DNA of 64,000 bases from Octopus vulgaris (GCA_951406725.2 OX597836.1:33542001-33606000), one strand, 5' to 3'; positions 13,148 to 27,119 are shown, counted from the stretch's first letter. The notes: generated by a model from the sequence alone, not told the origin. A program made the numbers and translations.

Positions 13148-14019
13148 CGATAGGTTTGCATGTAAGAGGCAGAGAGAGAGAGAGAGACAGAGAGAGAGAG
13201 AGGAGGATAATGAGAGAGAGAGAAAGAGAGAGAAGGAAAGAGGAGAGCAAAGGCAGAATGAGAAAGGCGAAAGAGAGAGAGAGAGAAGTAAGGAAAAAAA
13301 AGAAAGAAGGAAAGGTGAACTGTTGGAGAAGAAGATTGATGGCTCTGAATGAAAAGCTAGGTGAACTGTAACATCAGTCATTGAGACATAACCATCATCA
13401 TCATCATCGTCATCATCAAAATCATCATCATAAGCCTGTGGCAAATAAAAGCAATCATCATCATCATCATCATTGAATCGTGGCAATTAGTTAATACTGT
13501 GATGATGGTGGTGATGATAATGATGATTGTTGTATTACATTATGCTAATGGTGGTGGTGGTGGTGGTGATGGTGTTGTTGGCAGTGGTGACGACGACGGT
13601 AACGATGATGGCGCCGTGGGGGTATGACGGTGACGGCGGTGGTGGTGGTGGTGGTGGTGGTAGTACTCCTCATCGTAGTAGTAGTAGTAGTAACAGTAAG
13701 GTGGTTGTTGGCAAGTTATGTGAAAATGAAGGAAGTTGAAGAAAGCAAAGAGGGACAGTAGGAGGAGAGTATGCATCGTGAGAGGGAGGGAGGGATGCAG
13801 AGTGGAGAGAGGAGGAGAGAGGAGGAGTGCATAACAAGCTGGATAGGCAGATGGTTATATTGACAAATGGATATGATAGATGTGTGTGTGTGTGTGTGTA
13901 TACACATAACTATACATAGACACACACACATAAATATATGCATATAAATGTATGCACATATATACATATGCACATATACATACACGTGATCATAGACAGA
14001 GAGACAGAAAAAATTATGG

Positions 14020-14057
14020 ATAGATGGACAGACAGACAAACAGACAGACATATAGAC

Positions 14058-14116
<59 letters not shown>

Positions 14117-14179
14117 GAGACAGACAGCTGGATCGATCAATCAATTAGTATATAGAGTGATATATACACACACACACAC

Positions 14180-14241
<62 letters not shown>

Positions 14242-14426
14242 GTAGATAGGATAGATAGATAGATAGATAGGTAGGTAGATAGATAGATAGATAGGTAGGT
14301 AGATAGATAGATAATTAGATAGATAGATAGACAGATGGATAGATAGATAATTAGATAGATAGATAGATAATTATATAGGTAGAGAGACAGGTAGATAGAT
14401 AGATAGATAGATAGGTAGATAGATAT

Positions 14427-14459
<33 letters not shown>

Positions 14460-14460
14460 G
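14020..14460. repeat. (GATA/GACA)n tetranucleotide array
   Basis: Directly visible. Confidence 0.95.
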
Positions 14461-14676
14461 ACAGTTGGATTGATCAATGGATAGAAAGTGAGAGAGAGAA
14501 ATAGATACACAGCTCAATTGATGGATGGATGGATGGATGAATAGGTGGTCAGGCAATTGCATAAAGGGACATATAAAAAGAAGGGATCTAAAGAAAGACT
14601 GTGCCGGAGCTGACAGAGCTCTAGGGAGCTCCATGACAAATCGTAGATTGTTTGGAGAATAAACAGAGAGACAGAG

Positions 14677-14721
<45 letters not shown>

Positions 14722-14890
14722 GGACTAAAGAGATACATAAATGTGATTGAAGGGCGAGAGAGAGAGAGAGATCAAAGGAGAAAGGGATTACAGAGAGAGA
14801 TAAGAATAAAGAGAGTCTGATATTAAAGCGAGATGTAGAGAGATATAAGGGAATATAGCAAGTAAGGTGAATAGAAACATTGGTTGACAT

Positions 14891-15280
14891 CGGTAGTTCT
14901 GAATCATTCTTTATCTATGGAATCCTTCGATTGCTAGTTTCCTCTGGTGGAACCCCCCCCCCCCCCCAGCCATTCGAAGTTTAAAACCAGTTTTATAGAT
15001 AGTTCTTTCAAAATTCCTATTTTGTCTGTCACACATTCACTTGTGTACGATGGACTACTCTTTTAGTCTTTTACTTGTTTCAGTCATGTGACTGTGGCCA
15101 TGCTGGAGCACCGCCTTTAGTCGAGCAAATTCACCCCCAGGACTCATTCTCTGTAAGCCTAGTACTTATTCTATCGGTCTCTTTTGCTGAACCGCTAGGT
15201 TAAGGGGACGCAAACACACCAGCATTGGTTGTCAAGCAATGTTGGGGGGGACAAACACAGACACGCAAACATATATACAT

Positions 15281-15319
<39 letters not shown>

Positions 15320-15690
15320 CATATACACATATACATACATATATACATATACATACATATATACGACGGGTTTCTTTCAGTTTCCATCTACCAAATCCAC
15401 TCACAAGGCTTTGGTTGACCCGAGGCTATAGTAGAAGACACTTGCCCAAGGTGCCATGCAGTGGGACTGAACCCGGAACCATGTGGTTCATAAGCAAGCT
15501 ATTTACCACACAGCCACTCCTACGCCTGTAAAACAGAGAAAAAATATCTTGCTGTTTTTTGTAAATAAATACATCTAAAGCTATATTTTTTAATGGACCT
15601 CAAAAACCCTAACCCTTAAAATACTACTGCTGATATCCAATTTACTATTTTGCTTGCATGGACCCCCAAAAACCAGACTGAGAACCACAG
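14891..15690. mobile_element. Degenerate hAT-type MITE containing an S1 SINE
   Basis: Ends cggtagttctgaa / tgagaaccacag resemble 17256-17432 and 61101-61733; internal ggacccc motifs. Confidence 0.5.
15056..15527 (-). mobile_element. S1 SINE
   Basis: Full family match on the minus strand. Confidence 0.9.
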
Positions 15691-16099
15691 GTCTAAATTG
15701 ATAATGTTGCTGGTATTTCCCTCTTAGTAGATCATTTGTTGGCTTTCGACCTTTTGGAATAAAAAAACCCTGTTCTGAAGAACAAGTGAGGGTTAGTGAC
15801 AGGAAAGGTATCTGGTTGTAAACTAATACCTTTGTTAATATCTTTCTCAATCACGCTGCAATTCACATGGAAACTTTTGGTCCTCCAAAGTCATCTTGGT
15901 GCATATAAATCAACTAATCGTTTTTGGCTATAAATTTTAGTCTGAAAATTTTGACAGGCATGCTGGAAAATATGGTATGTAGATATATATGGCAGAGAGG
16001 AGCAATTTGAGAGAGATTTAGCTGCTATTTTTAGCAGGTTTCATGACTATGTAGACACTTTCTTCATTAGCATATATATATATATATATATATATATAT

Positions 16100-16285
16100 T
16101 GCCATGATAGATCGTTAGCCACTACACACATTTTTTTCTCTCCTTGTTTTTTCTGTTTCCCTTTCTGTAGAAGAGCGTAGGCTCGAAATGTAAAAGACTT
16201 TTCCATTCTTCTCGAGTGTTAAACTAACACACCTGCCTGTTGTTCCTACACCTGCCATCTTTTGTTTTCTGTAAATTTGAACTAT
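16100..16285 (+). mobile_element. PLE-like non-autonomous repeat beside (TA)n carrying a hammerhead-like motif (16161-16196)
   Basis: Same family as 31581-31790, 58853-58965 and 62288-62412. Confidence 0.6.
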
Positions 16286-17030
16286 CATCATCATCATCAT
16301 TGTTTAACATCTGCTTTCCATGCTGGTATGGGTTGGACAGTTTGACTGAGGACTGGAGGACTGGCAAGCCAAGAGGCTGCACCAGGTTCCAATCTGATCT
16401 GACAAGGTTTCTACGGCTGGATGTCCTTCCTAACGCCAACCACTCCAAGAGTGTAGTGAGTGCTTTTTACATGCCACCGGCATGGGGGCCAGTCAGATGG
16501 TACTGGCATCAACCACACTCAAACGGAACTTTTTATGTGCCACTAGCTCGGGAGCCAGTCAGGCAGCACTGGCAATGACCATACTCGAATGCTTTTTAAT
16601 TGCTACCAGCACGGGACCAGTCAGATGGCACTGGAATCAATGACGTTCATATAGTGCATTTTATGTGTCACTGGCACAGGAGACAGTCTGGTGGGACTGG
16701 CATCAACCATGATCGAATGGTACTTTTTACATGCCACAAGCACGGATGCCAGTCAGGCAGTACTAGCATCAGCCACGACAATGATTTCACTTGACTCAAC
16801 AGTCTTAAACGGGCCAGTTATATGACACTGGAATAGGCCACAGCTATAGTGTCACTTGGCTTGCCAGGTCTTATATTGTTGTCGTCGTTTAACATCCGCT
16901 TTCCATGCTGGCATGGGTTGGACAGTTTGACTGAGGACTGGTGAGCCAGAAGGCTGCACCATGCTCCAATCTGATCTGGCAAAATTTCTACAGCTAGATG
17001 CCCTTTCTTATGCCAACCCCTCCGAGAGTG
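16285..17030 (-). mobile_element. Two RTE LINE 3' ends; the first has internal ~55-bp subrepeats
   Basis: (CAT)n/gtttaacatc tails at about 16285 and 16880; ctggatg(t/c)ccttcctaacgccaac motif. Confidence 0.8.
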
Positions 17031-17255
17031 TACATACACACACATATATAGCATTTTAAAACATACAAATCAACATAATGTGTAATGTAAACATTCGAAC
17101 ATAGTCACTTTCTTTCCAAATCCTGTTGCATTTCACACAGAAGTTTTTGTCCACCAAAGCTGTTTTGAAGTATAAGTTGACCTAATTTTTTGAGCTGTAA
17201 ATTTTGAATGACGAAATCTGGTTTGCAAGCAGGAAGATATAGTTTCCATCTAACC

Positions 17256-17432
17256 CAGTAGTTCCAAACCTCTTCACTACCAAGGACCCCTTTTATTTAA
17301 TTGAGTTTTCCCACAACCCCATTTTAATATGCTTATTCTTGTGTGTGTGTGTGTGTGTATATAGATATAAATAAATATAAAATTTTGAATTTAGTTCATG
17401 GACCCCAGAAGTACAGGGGTTGGGAACCACTG
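17256..17432. mobile_element. hAT (Charlie-like) MITE with perfect 8-bp TSD ATCTAACC
   Basis: TIRs cagtagttccaaacc / ggttgggaaccactg; TSD at 17248-17255 and 17433-17440. Confidence 0.9.
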
Positions 17433-17554
17433 ATCTAACCCATGTTAGTATGGAAAAATGGAAGTAAAACTTAAAGAGGGAGGCAGGAGCAGGTAGAGAA
17501 TGAGGAGGAGGAAAAGATCATCACCATCCTTGTCATCATCCAAATAATGTTTTC

Positions 17555-18985
17555 AAATTTTGGCACAAGGCCAGCAATTTCAGGAGGAGGGGATTAGTCG
17601 AACTTTCACCGTTCAGCTGGTACCATTTTATTGACCCCCGCTAAAGGATGAAAAGCAAAGCTGGCCTCAGTGAGATTTGAGCTCAGTATGTAAAAAGTTA
17701 GAAGAAATACTACCAAGCATTTAGGTCTGACTAGCAATTCTGCTTGCTTGTTACCTTAGTAATCATAGGGACAAGGCCTGAAATTTGGGGGTGGGGTAAA
17801 GTTGATTACATCAACCCCAGTACTTGACTGGTACTAAGTTTGCTGACCCCAAAAGGATGAAAGACAAAGTCGACCTTGGCAGAATTTGAACTCAGAATGT
17901 AGCAACAGGCAAAATACTGCTAAGCATTTCGTCCAGCGTGCTAACGATTCTGCCAGCTCACTGCTTTTGTTGCCTTAATAATCCTTTCTACTATAGGCAC
18001 AAGGCCTGAAATTGTGGGGGAGAGGGGGGCTAGTCGATTATATCAACTCCAGTGCATAACTGGTACTTGATTTATCGACCCTGAAAGGATGAAAATCAAA
18101 GCTGACCACATTCAGAATATGAACTCAGAACACAGCGACAGGCAAAATACCTATTTCTTTATTACCCACAAGGGGCTAAACATAGAGGGGACAAACAAGA
18201 ACAGACAGAGGGATTAAGTCGATTACATCGACCCCAGTGCATAACTGGTACTTAATTTATCGACCCTGAAAGGATGAAAGGCAAAGTCGACCTTGGCAGA
18301 ATTTGAACTCAGAACGTAAAGACAGACGAAATACCTATTTCTTTACTACCCACAAGGGGCTAAACACAGAGTGGACAAACAAGGACAGACAGAGGGAATA
18401 AGTCGATTACATCGACACCAGTGCGTAACTGGTACTTAATTTATCAACCCCGAAAGGATGAAAGGCAAAGTCGACCTTGGCAGAATTTGAACTCAGAACG
18501 TAAAGACAGACGAAATACCTATTTCTTTACTACCCACAAGGGGCTAAACACAGAGGGGACAAACAAGGACAGACAGAGGGATTAAGTCGATTACATCGAC
18601 CCCAGTGCATAACTGGTACTTTATTTATCGACCCCGAAAGGATGAAAGGCAAATTTGACCTCGGCGGAATTTGAACTCAGAACGTAACGGCAGAGGAAAT
18701 ACTGCTAAGCATTTCATCCACTGTGCTAATGATTCTGCCAGCTCCCTGTCTTTTTCCGTTGCCTTAATAGTAATGAAACCAACAGTTTGAAATTTTGGCA
18801 CAAGGCCGGCAGTTTTGGGAGGTTAAATCGATACCATCAAACCCCAGTACTTAACTGGTATTCATTTTATCAAATCCAGAGGGATGAAGGAAAAAAGGTG
18901 ACCCTGGTGGAATTTGAACTCAGAAGAAATACGGCAATGGATTTTTCTGGCACTAATAGTTTTTGTCAGCTCACTACTTCACCTT
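17555..18985 (-). mobile_element. Cluster of about 7 head-to-tail S2-type SINE bodies, including three 184-bp units
   Basis: Repeated gaaaggatgaaaggcaaagtcgacc...gaatttgaactcagaa; junctions at 18151, 18335 and 18519. Confidence 0.9.
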
Positions 18986-19015
18986 AATAATAATAATAAT
19001 AATAATAATAATGAA

Positions 19016-19208
19016 GAAAATTCTAACTGGGCCCCACCTGCAAGGTCATGTGCTGTTTATCTTGACATGAGATCACCATGTCGCGCGCACATGGTTGTGA
19101 TGCATGTGCCTGGCATACCCTTATCAGACGGGTAGTCATGATGGGTGTATTGGGCTTCGTATATTTTACCCCAGTATCACTTTGATGGCATGAACTGCTC
19201 TCTCACTC
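19016..19208 (+). mobile_element. 5'-truncated copy of a (TAA)n-targeting retroposon (family T)
   Basis: Reverse complement of 55709-55900; flanked by (TAA)n on both sides. Confidence 0.85.
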
Positions 19209-19254
19209 AATAATAATAATAATAATAATAATACTACTAATAATAATAATAATA

Positions 19255-19885
19255 ATCCTTACTACTGAAGGCACAAGGCCTTGAAATTTTTTGGAGAGGG
19301 GACTATTGATTACATCAACCCCAGTACATAACTGGTACTTAATTTATCGACCCAGAAAGGATAAAAGCCAAAGTCGACCTCAGCGGAGTTTGAACTCAGA
19401 ACATAAAGACAGACGAAATACTTATTTCTTTATTACCCACAAGGGGCTAAACATAGAGGGGACAAACAAGGACAGATATAGGTATTAAGTTGATTACATC
19501 GACCCCAGTGCGTAACTGGTACTTAATTTATCGACCCCGAAAGGATAAAAGCCAAAGTTGACCTCAGCGGGGTTTGAACTCAGAACATAAAGACAGACGA
19601 AATACTGCTAAGCATTTCATCCACTGTGCTAATGATTCTGCCAGCTCACTGTCTTTTTCCGTTGCCTTAATAGTAATGAAACCAACAGTTTGAAATTTTG
19701 GCACAAGGCCGGCAGTTTCGGGAGGTTAATCGATACCATCAGACCCCAGTACTTAACTGGTATTCATTTTATCAAATCCAGAGGGATGAAAGGAAAAAGG
19801 TGACCCTGGTGGAATTTGAACTCAGAAGAAATACGGCAAAGGATTTTTCTGGCACTAATAGTTTTGTCAGCTCACTACTTCCCCT
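19255..19885 (-). mobile_element. S2-type SINE cluster, part of a tandem duplication
   Basis: 19600-19885 repeats 18697-18985. Confidence 0.85.
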
Positions 19886-19910
19886 TAATAATAATAATAA
19901 TAATAATAAT

Positions 19911-20342
19911 ATAGAGAAATTAAGGCCAACAGACCAGATATAGTCAGAGATCACGAAGAAAAAAAATGCTTTCTAATTGATGTATCAATACCGGCAGATG
20001 ATAACGTGTCTCCAAAAGAAATGGAGAAACTTTCAAAATACAAAGACCTGGAAATAGAGGTAACCAGAATGTGGAATCTAAAAACAGAAACAATTCCTAT
20101 CATAGTAGGTGCATTAGGCATGATAAAAAAATATTCAGACAAATACATAACAAAAACACCAGGACTTACAAACACATATAACATACAGAAAATTGCACTA
20201 CTAGGCACTGCACACATCCTAGGTAGAACACTTTCCATACAATAACCATCAGAGCATCACATCAAATCACAGCACATACCTAAGGCACACAGAGCTGCGC
20301 TCGGTAGTGAAGTGAAAGCACGATATAAAAATGAAACTACTG
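19911..20342 (+). mobile_element. 5'-truncated Dong/R4-type non-LTR retrotransposon (RLE domain and 3' UTR) inserted in (TAA)n
   Basis: REIKANRPDIVRD...(frameshift)...CFLIDVSIPADDNVSPKEMEKLSKYKDLEIEVTRMWNLKTETIPIIVGALG...QKIALLGTAHIL, a PD-(D/E)xK restriction-like endonuclease C-terminus; stop at 20245; (TAA)n on both flanks. Confidence 0.9.
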
Positions 20343-20364
20343 AATAATAATAATAATAATAATA

Positions 20365-20580
20365 ATCTTTACTACTGAAGGCACAAGGCCTTGAAATTTT
20401 TTGGAGAGGGGACTAGTTGATTACATCAACCCCAGTGCGTAACTGGTACTTAATTTATCGACCCAGAAAGGATAAAAGCCAAAGTCGACCTCAGCGGAGT
20501 TTGAACTCAGAACATAAAGACAGACGAAATACTGCTAAGCATTTCACCCAGCAAGCTAACGATTCTTGCAGCTCACCCAC
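20365..20580 (-). mobile_element. S2-type SINE, paralogue of 19255-19421
   Basis: Near-identical to 19255-19421. Confidence 0.85.
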
Positions 20581-21058
20581 ATTAATGATATTAATAATAT
20601 TTCTGTAATTAGAACAAGACTTAGGTGAGTGAAAATGTCTGATTTGTAACAGGAAGAAACATTCTGGTTTTTCCAAACATGGACACTTGTGAGTGAGCAA
20701 ATGTGAGTATGTGTATATATATATACATGCACCTACACACACAATAATTTCATTTCGGTGTATATATATATGTATGTATATACACACACACACACATATA
20801 TATATATACACACACCCACATGCATACAGATACAATACAGAGACGCAAACACACATACACAATGATATTTGCAATCTCAGTATTTTTTCATCCATTTACA
20901 CAACCCCCCCCATGCCCCTCACTCTCAATCAATCAATCACACACATACACACACACATTTTCTTCCTTTTCCTCTTCCTCACTAATTGTCTGTCTCAGTC
21001 ACTCTTTCTCCCTCTTTCACCCACACTATCTTGTCTTTCTCTCACAAATACATACATT

Positions 21059-21097
<39 letters not shown>

Positions 21098-21239
21098 CTC
21101 ACATACAGAAGCATACACCATCTCTCTCTCTCTCCCTCGTTCTCTCTCACACTATCTTTTCCTCTCTCTTACTCTAGACCCAAAATGCTCACAAATATAA
21201 GATATATATATATACACACATACATACATACATACACCA

Positions 21240-21274
<35 letters not shown>

Positions 21275-22053
21275 AGCATACACTATCTCTCTCTCTTTCT
21301 CTCTCACTCTATCTTTTTCTCTCTCTTACTCTAGACCCAAAATGCTCACAAATATAATATATATATATATATACACACACATACATACATACACAATTTC
21401 TCTCTCTCTCTCTCTCTCTCTCTGTTTCTCCATCTCTACAATTTTATTCATCCCCTTGCAATCACTAACTCTCTCTCTCTCTTTCTCTCATCCTATCTTT
21501 CTCACTGTTACCGCTCCTCCATCTCTCCATTTCTGATATTCCTCCAAACCAAATTCTCTCTTTCTTTCCGTTTCACACAAAGAAGAAGCATCCCAATGCA
21601 AGCCAGCATGGTACCGACTACGAGGGTCTCCTGATCTACAAGAAACAACAGCTAAACCCTCATCAACCTGCACCCAACCATTAAAAAAGAAGGGCACAGA
21701 TAATGTAGATGCCCTAGGTACAAATATGAAACTAAAAAAAAAAGGGATGGTCACAGCTGGATTGTCTTGCGTTATATATCAACTGGACTACTTTTAACCC
21801 TACCATTTTGAAAGCGGAATGACACAGAAAACGTAGAAGCACTAAGTGGGAATATAAAAGATGGGATGGTCACAGCTGGAATGTCTTGTGTCACTGGATC
21901 ACATTGGACTTGGCACACACACACACACATCTCCCTTTAACCCTTTTTTCCTTCTCAACTCCTTTTTCTGGACCCTCTTCTGCTTTGTCTCTGAATCTCT
22001 AACTCCATCTATCTTTCTAATGTTCACCATCCATTCATTATAATTTCTTAGCA

Positions 22054-22085
<32 letters not shown>

Positions 22086-22168
22086 TCTCTCTCTCTTCCT
22101 TCAAAGTCACAATCCTTACTCTTTCTGCATCTCTATCCACTAAATACATCCATCTGCATTCCTTGCAA

Positions 22169-22179
<11 letters not shown>

Positions 22180-22201
<22 letters not shown>

Positions 22202-24120
22202 TAGATACACATACATCTCACACATACATACATACATAAACCTCATACACACACATACATACACACATACATATACACACACACATACATACATAAACCT
22301 CATACACACACATACATACATACATACACACACATACATACATAAATCTCATACACACACAGATACATACACACATACATACATACACACATATATACAT
22401 ACTCACATACATACAGATACACATACATACACGCATACATACATACACACACATACATATATATATATACACATATACATACATACATATATATACACAC
22501 ATACATACATAAATCTCATACATACATAAATATATCATACACACACATACATACATACATACATACATAAATCTCACACATACAGACATAAATCTCATAC
22601 ACACACATATATACATACATACATACATACATACATACACACACACATACAACCTTCCTCTTTCTCTTTTTCACTTGTGTACATCTCTACCTCCCATCTT
22701 CCCTCTCAGAATATCTTTCTATCTCACTCACTCTCTCACTCTCTCTCTCGCTCTGTCACAACCTCTTTCATTACTGTCACATATACACAAAATCTTTCAC
22801 TTTCACCCTTTCTCTTTCTCTCTCTCACACACAATCTCTTTCTTTCTCTCTCTTACACACACACACACACAAACACACACTACCTCTTGCTGTTACTGTC
22901 ACATACAAAATATTTCTGCCTGTCACATGCACACAATCTCTCTTTTCCTTGCTCTCTCTCTCTCTCTCTTTCAATCGCTCTCCCCGTTGCTCACTCTCTC
23001 TCTTTCTCTCTGTCAAAGTCTCTCTCTCTCTCTCTCCTTATTACCATTACAAACTCAGAATATTTCTCTCTCTTTCTCCCTCTCTCAACATCTCATATTC
23101 TCCCTCACTCACTCACTCTCTCTCTCTCACATAATCTTCCTCTGTCTCTGTCACCGTCTCACAAACTTTCTCTCCATCCAACCATCCAACAGTGCTCCCA
23201 CCAACTCCCCCCATCGCCATCCACATGAACTGGCTGTCTGTGTGTCATTGTCCTCTGGTTGGCAACCTATCAGTTTACATGGAGGGCTATTAGTCATGCT
23301 TCTCACACACACGCACACACAAATACACACACACACTCACACAAATACACACATGCATACATTTGTATATACGCATGCATATATGCATGTGTATATGTAT
23401 GTAAGCATGTGTGCGTCCATGTGTTCTTGTATACACACTCAAAACTAATACATCCATGCACGTATTTTACACTATACTGAAGCATATGCAATGACATATA
23501 CTCCCAGGCACATATACACACACACAAACACATACAACACGCACATACACACACAAAATATGAGAGAGAAATATGTGTACTTCTACAGAGATATGCGTGT
23601 TTGTATATGCATGTCAGTTCATCCACACACTAATGAATACCCTAACACACACACATATATATATATACACACATATACATACACACACATATACATACAT
23701 ACATATATATATATATACACACATATACATACACACACATATACATACATACACACACACATACATACATACATACACACACATATACATACATACATAC
23801 ACACACATATACATACATACATACATACACACACATATACACAAATATACATGTGTATATATATATACATACATATACATATGTATATATATATACATAC
23901 ATATATATATATATATATACACACATACTCATATATATATGTTTATATGCATACATATAGAGAGAGAGAGACATACACACTCACACATATGTTTATATGC
24001 ACACATATATATATATAGACATAGACACTCACACATAAATGTTTATATATGTATATATATATATATATATACACACACTCATATGTGTGTGTGTGTGTGT
24101 GTGTATGTGTGTGTGTGCGT
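22180..24120. repeat. Compound (CA/TA/CATA/CT)n low-complexity tracts
   Basis: Directly visible. Confidence 0.9.
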
Positions 24121-24235
24121 GCATGTGTATATAAATGGCGGTGCATCAGCATGGCTGCAGCTCTGAGCTGAAACTAGAAAAAAATATATATATATATATA
24201 AATATACACACTCATACACACATGTATACACACAC

Positions 24236-24280
<45 letters not shown>

Positions 24281-24655
24281 ACACACATGCACAAACTACA
24301 AATGCCAGGCAATAAGCATATACTAACAGTGTTGTTCAAAGACACTTTTAGTCTTGTCTCTCCAGATATACACACACACATACAAACAAGCATCTTATTC
24401 GTCTCTGTTGACAACAAAGGCTCTATCTGTGTCCACGACATCTGCAGACCATACGAACGAAGCCTGCCTATGTAGCAAGACACTGCATGCTATCGGCACA
24501 CAGGTACACAGAACACTGACTGAAGATTTGTGGAGTGAGGACAGTAAGGAGACAGCTTTTGATTTATGACAGAGATCTCCCAGTTAATGAGCCATGGACC
24601 AATAGCAGGCCATGGATCATTTGGTGCTGAGCAGCATGGGAAGAACAAATTTTAA

Positions 24656-25497
24656 CCCTTTCGATACCAACCTGGCTGAAACTGCCTCTCACTCTGTAGT
24701 ACAAATGTCTTGTTTTCAAAAGTTCTGAATTAACCCTTTAGTGTTTAAACTGGCCAAATTCGGCCCGTGTGGTAAGTAGCTTGCTAACCAACCACATGGT
24801 TCCGGGTTCAGTCCCACTGTGTGGCATCTTGGGCAAGTGTCTTCTGCTATAGCCCCGGGCCGACCAATGCCTTGTGAGTGGACTTGGTAGACGGAAACTG
24901 AAAGAAGCCTGTCGTATATATGTATATATATATATGTATGTGTGTGTATGTGTTTGTGTGTCTGTGTTTGTCCCCGTAGCATTGCTTGACAACCGATGCT
25001 GGTGTGTTTACGTCCCCGTCACTTAGCGGTTCGGCAAAAGAGACCGATAGAATAAGTACTGGGCTTACAAAGAATAAGTCCCGGGGTCGATATGCTCGAC
25101 AAAAGGTGGTGCTCCAGCATGGCCGCAGTCAAAATGACTGAAACAAGTAAAAGAGTAAAGAGTAAAGAGTACATGTTTTATATTCAAACTGGCGATATCT
25201 AGCCCCTCACTCCTAACCTACATTGCTATTCTAAAAATAAACAATCACATCATTGAAACCTCAAAGCTATAAGACAATGCATGATTAATTCAAAACAATT
25301 TGAGTGAAAAGGTATTACATTTAACAGAGTAATCTGAACACTAAAGGGTTAAAATCTGTCACCAAACCTTAGTCGTAGTTTATATCCCTAACCCTAGGTT
25401 AATGATAACCAAGTTATTTTACTAAATTCATTGTTAAATTTAAAGTAACTGAAAGAACTACAGGGGAAATCTCAAAATAAATACGGTAACGAAAGGG
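24656..25497 (-). mobile_element. piggyBac-type MITE-B, host of a nested MITE-A and S1 SINE
   Basis: TTAA-CCCTT left end at 24652; AAGGG-CTAA right end at 25497; body matches 41895-42116. Confidence 0.88.
24734..25348 (+). mobile_element. piggyBac-type MITE-A with TTAA TSD, containing an S1 SINE (24766-25170)
   Basis: TTAA at 24730-24733 and 25349-25352; TIRs ccctttagtgtt / aacactaaaggg. Confidence 0.9.
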
Positions 25498-25589
25498 CTA
25501 ATGTATATTATGGTCTGCAGAATGTTTTCCGCATTATGTATATAGTACAAATGTATTGTGTGTGTAATATATATGTGTGTGTGTATATA

Positions 25590-25870
25590 TCACCATGATC
25601 ACCTTGACTGACCAGGCTATCAGATGTTGCTACACATCACTGGTCACAATGCGCTTCACATTGTTTTTTAGCCTTCAAGTGACGCCACCCCGCTGGCTAA
25701 GCGAGCAGGTCAACAGAAGAAAGAGTGAGAGAAAGTTGTGGCGAAAGAGTACAGCAGGGATCGTCACCACCCCCTTGCCAGAGCCTCGTGGAGCTTTAGG
25801 TGTTTTCGCTCAAAAAACATGTCCAACGCCCGGTCTGGGAATTGAAACTGCGAGTCCACTGCTCTAACCA
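25590..25870 (-). mobile_element. tRNA-derived SINE, head H3 with distinct tail T5
   Basis: Shares the head/body of 52597-52976 up to ctttctctcactct, then diverges. Confidence 0.75.
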
Positions 25871-26017
25871 AACAAATCGACCCCAGGACTTATTCTTTGT
25901 AAGCCTAGAACTTATTTTATTGGTCTCTTTTTTTCTGAACTGCTAAGTTATGAAGACACAAACACACCAACATTGGTTGTCAAGCGATGGTAGTGGTGGG
26001 GAGTGGGGAACACAGAT

Positions 26018-26049
<32 letters not shown>

Positions 26050-26457
26050 GAAAGGCTTCTTTCAGTTTCTGTCCACTTACAAGGGTTTCGTGGGCCTGAG
26101 GCTATAGTAGAAGACACTTGCCCAAGGTACCATGCAGTGGGACTGAACCCAGAATCATGTTATTTCTTTATTGCCCACAAGGGGTTAAACATAGAGGGGA
26201 CAAACAAGGACAGACAAAGGGATTAAGTTGTTGATTACATTGACCCCAGTGCGCATCTGGTACTTAATTTATCGACCCCGAATGGATGAAAGGCAAAGTC
26301 AACCTCGGCAGAATTTGAGCTCAGAACGTAAAGACAGATGAAATAGCACTAAGCATTTCGCCCGGCGTGCTAACATTTCAGCCAGCTCGCCGCCTTATTC
26401 CTGAACCTGGAACCATGTGGTTGGGAAGTAAGCTTCTTACCACTCAGCCACTCCTGC
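25870..26457 (-). mobile_element. S1 SINE interrupted by an S2 SINE (26161-26396) with ~18-bp TSD
   Basis: ctgaacccagaatcatgt and ctgaacctggaaccatgt flank the S2 copy. Confidence 0.85.
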
Positions 26458-26489
26458 TATAATTAAGTTATATTTTATGCATTTTATTG

Positions 26490-26943
26490 TGTTTTGTTAT
26501 GCCGACCTTTGAAAGTGGATGGAACATGTAGAAGTGGGAGACCCTGCAAGACATGGGTTGAAGTGCCGAAATATGACCTCAGTAAGCTGAACCTTTCTGG
26601 TGAGATGATAAAGGACCAAGGCGCTTGGCTGTACTCAAGAAGACCCACACTGAGCAACAGAAGTGTTAAGACTGATCCTTCTGGTGGCGTAAAGCACTTG
26701 TGGCAATGCCATGTAAAAGCACTAGTGTAGTGCCGCATAAATGCACCCGTGCAATGCCACATAAAAGTACCTGTGTGGTGCGATGTAAAACTTCCCCTGT
26801 GGTGTCACACAAAAGCACCTGTGCACACTCTGTAAAGTGGTTGGCATTAGGAAGGACATCCAGCACCCCAGCTTGCCAGCTCTGGCCAAACTGTCCAACC
26901 CATGCCAACATGGATAATGGACATTAAATGATGATGATGATGA
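26490..26943 (+). mobile_element. RTE LINE 3' end with coding remnant
   Basis: LKVDGTCRSGRPCKTWVEVPKYDLSKLNLSGEMIKDQGAW resembles the RTE ORF C-terminus (G-R-G-R-P-x-K-T-W...D-R-x-x-W); ends in (GAT)n. Confidence 0.82.
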
Positions 26944-27119
26944 TATGCATGTGATCCCTGAGTCTGTGGATAAATTGTCATGCGTGTAACTGGTCTGTGG
27001 TGGGAAAAAGTTCGGGGACTGGTGATCAATGGGATGTGTAATCCAAAGAACGTTTTTTTCTCTGAGATCTTTGCTCTCTGGAAAGTTTGGATGTATTCTG
27101 GTAAAGAAGTGATGATGCA

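Noticed and set aside
21050-21420. ~158-bp local duplication of compound microsatellite
   Set aside because: Ordinary slippage duplication with no further structure.
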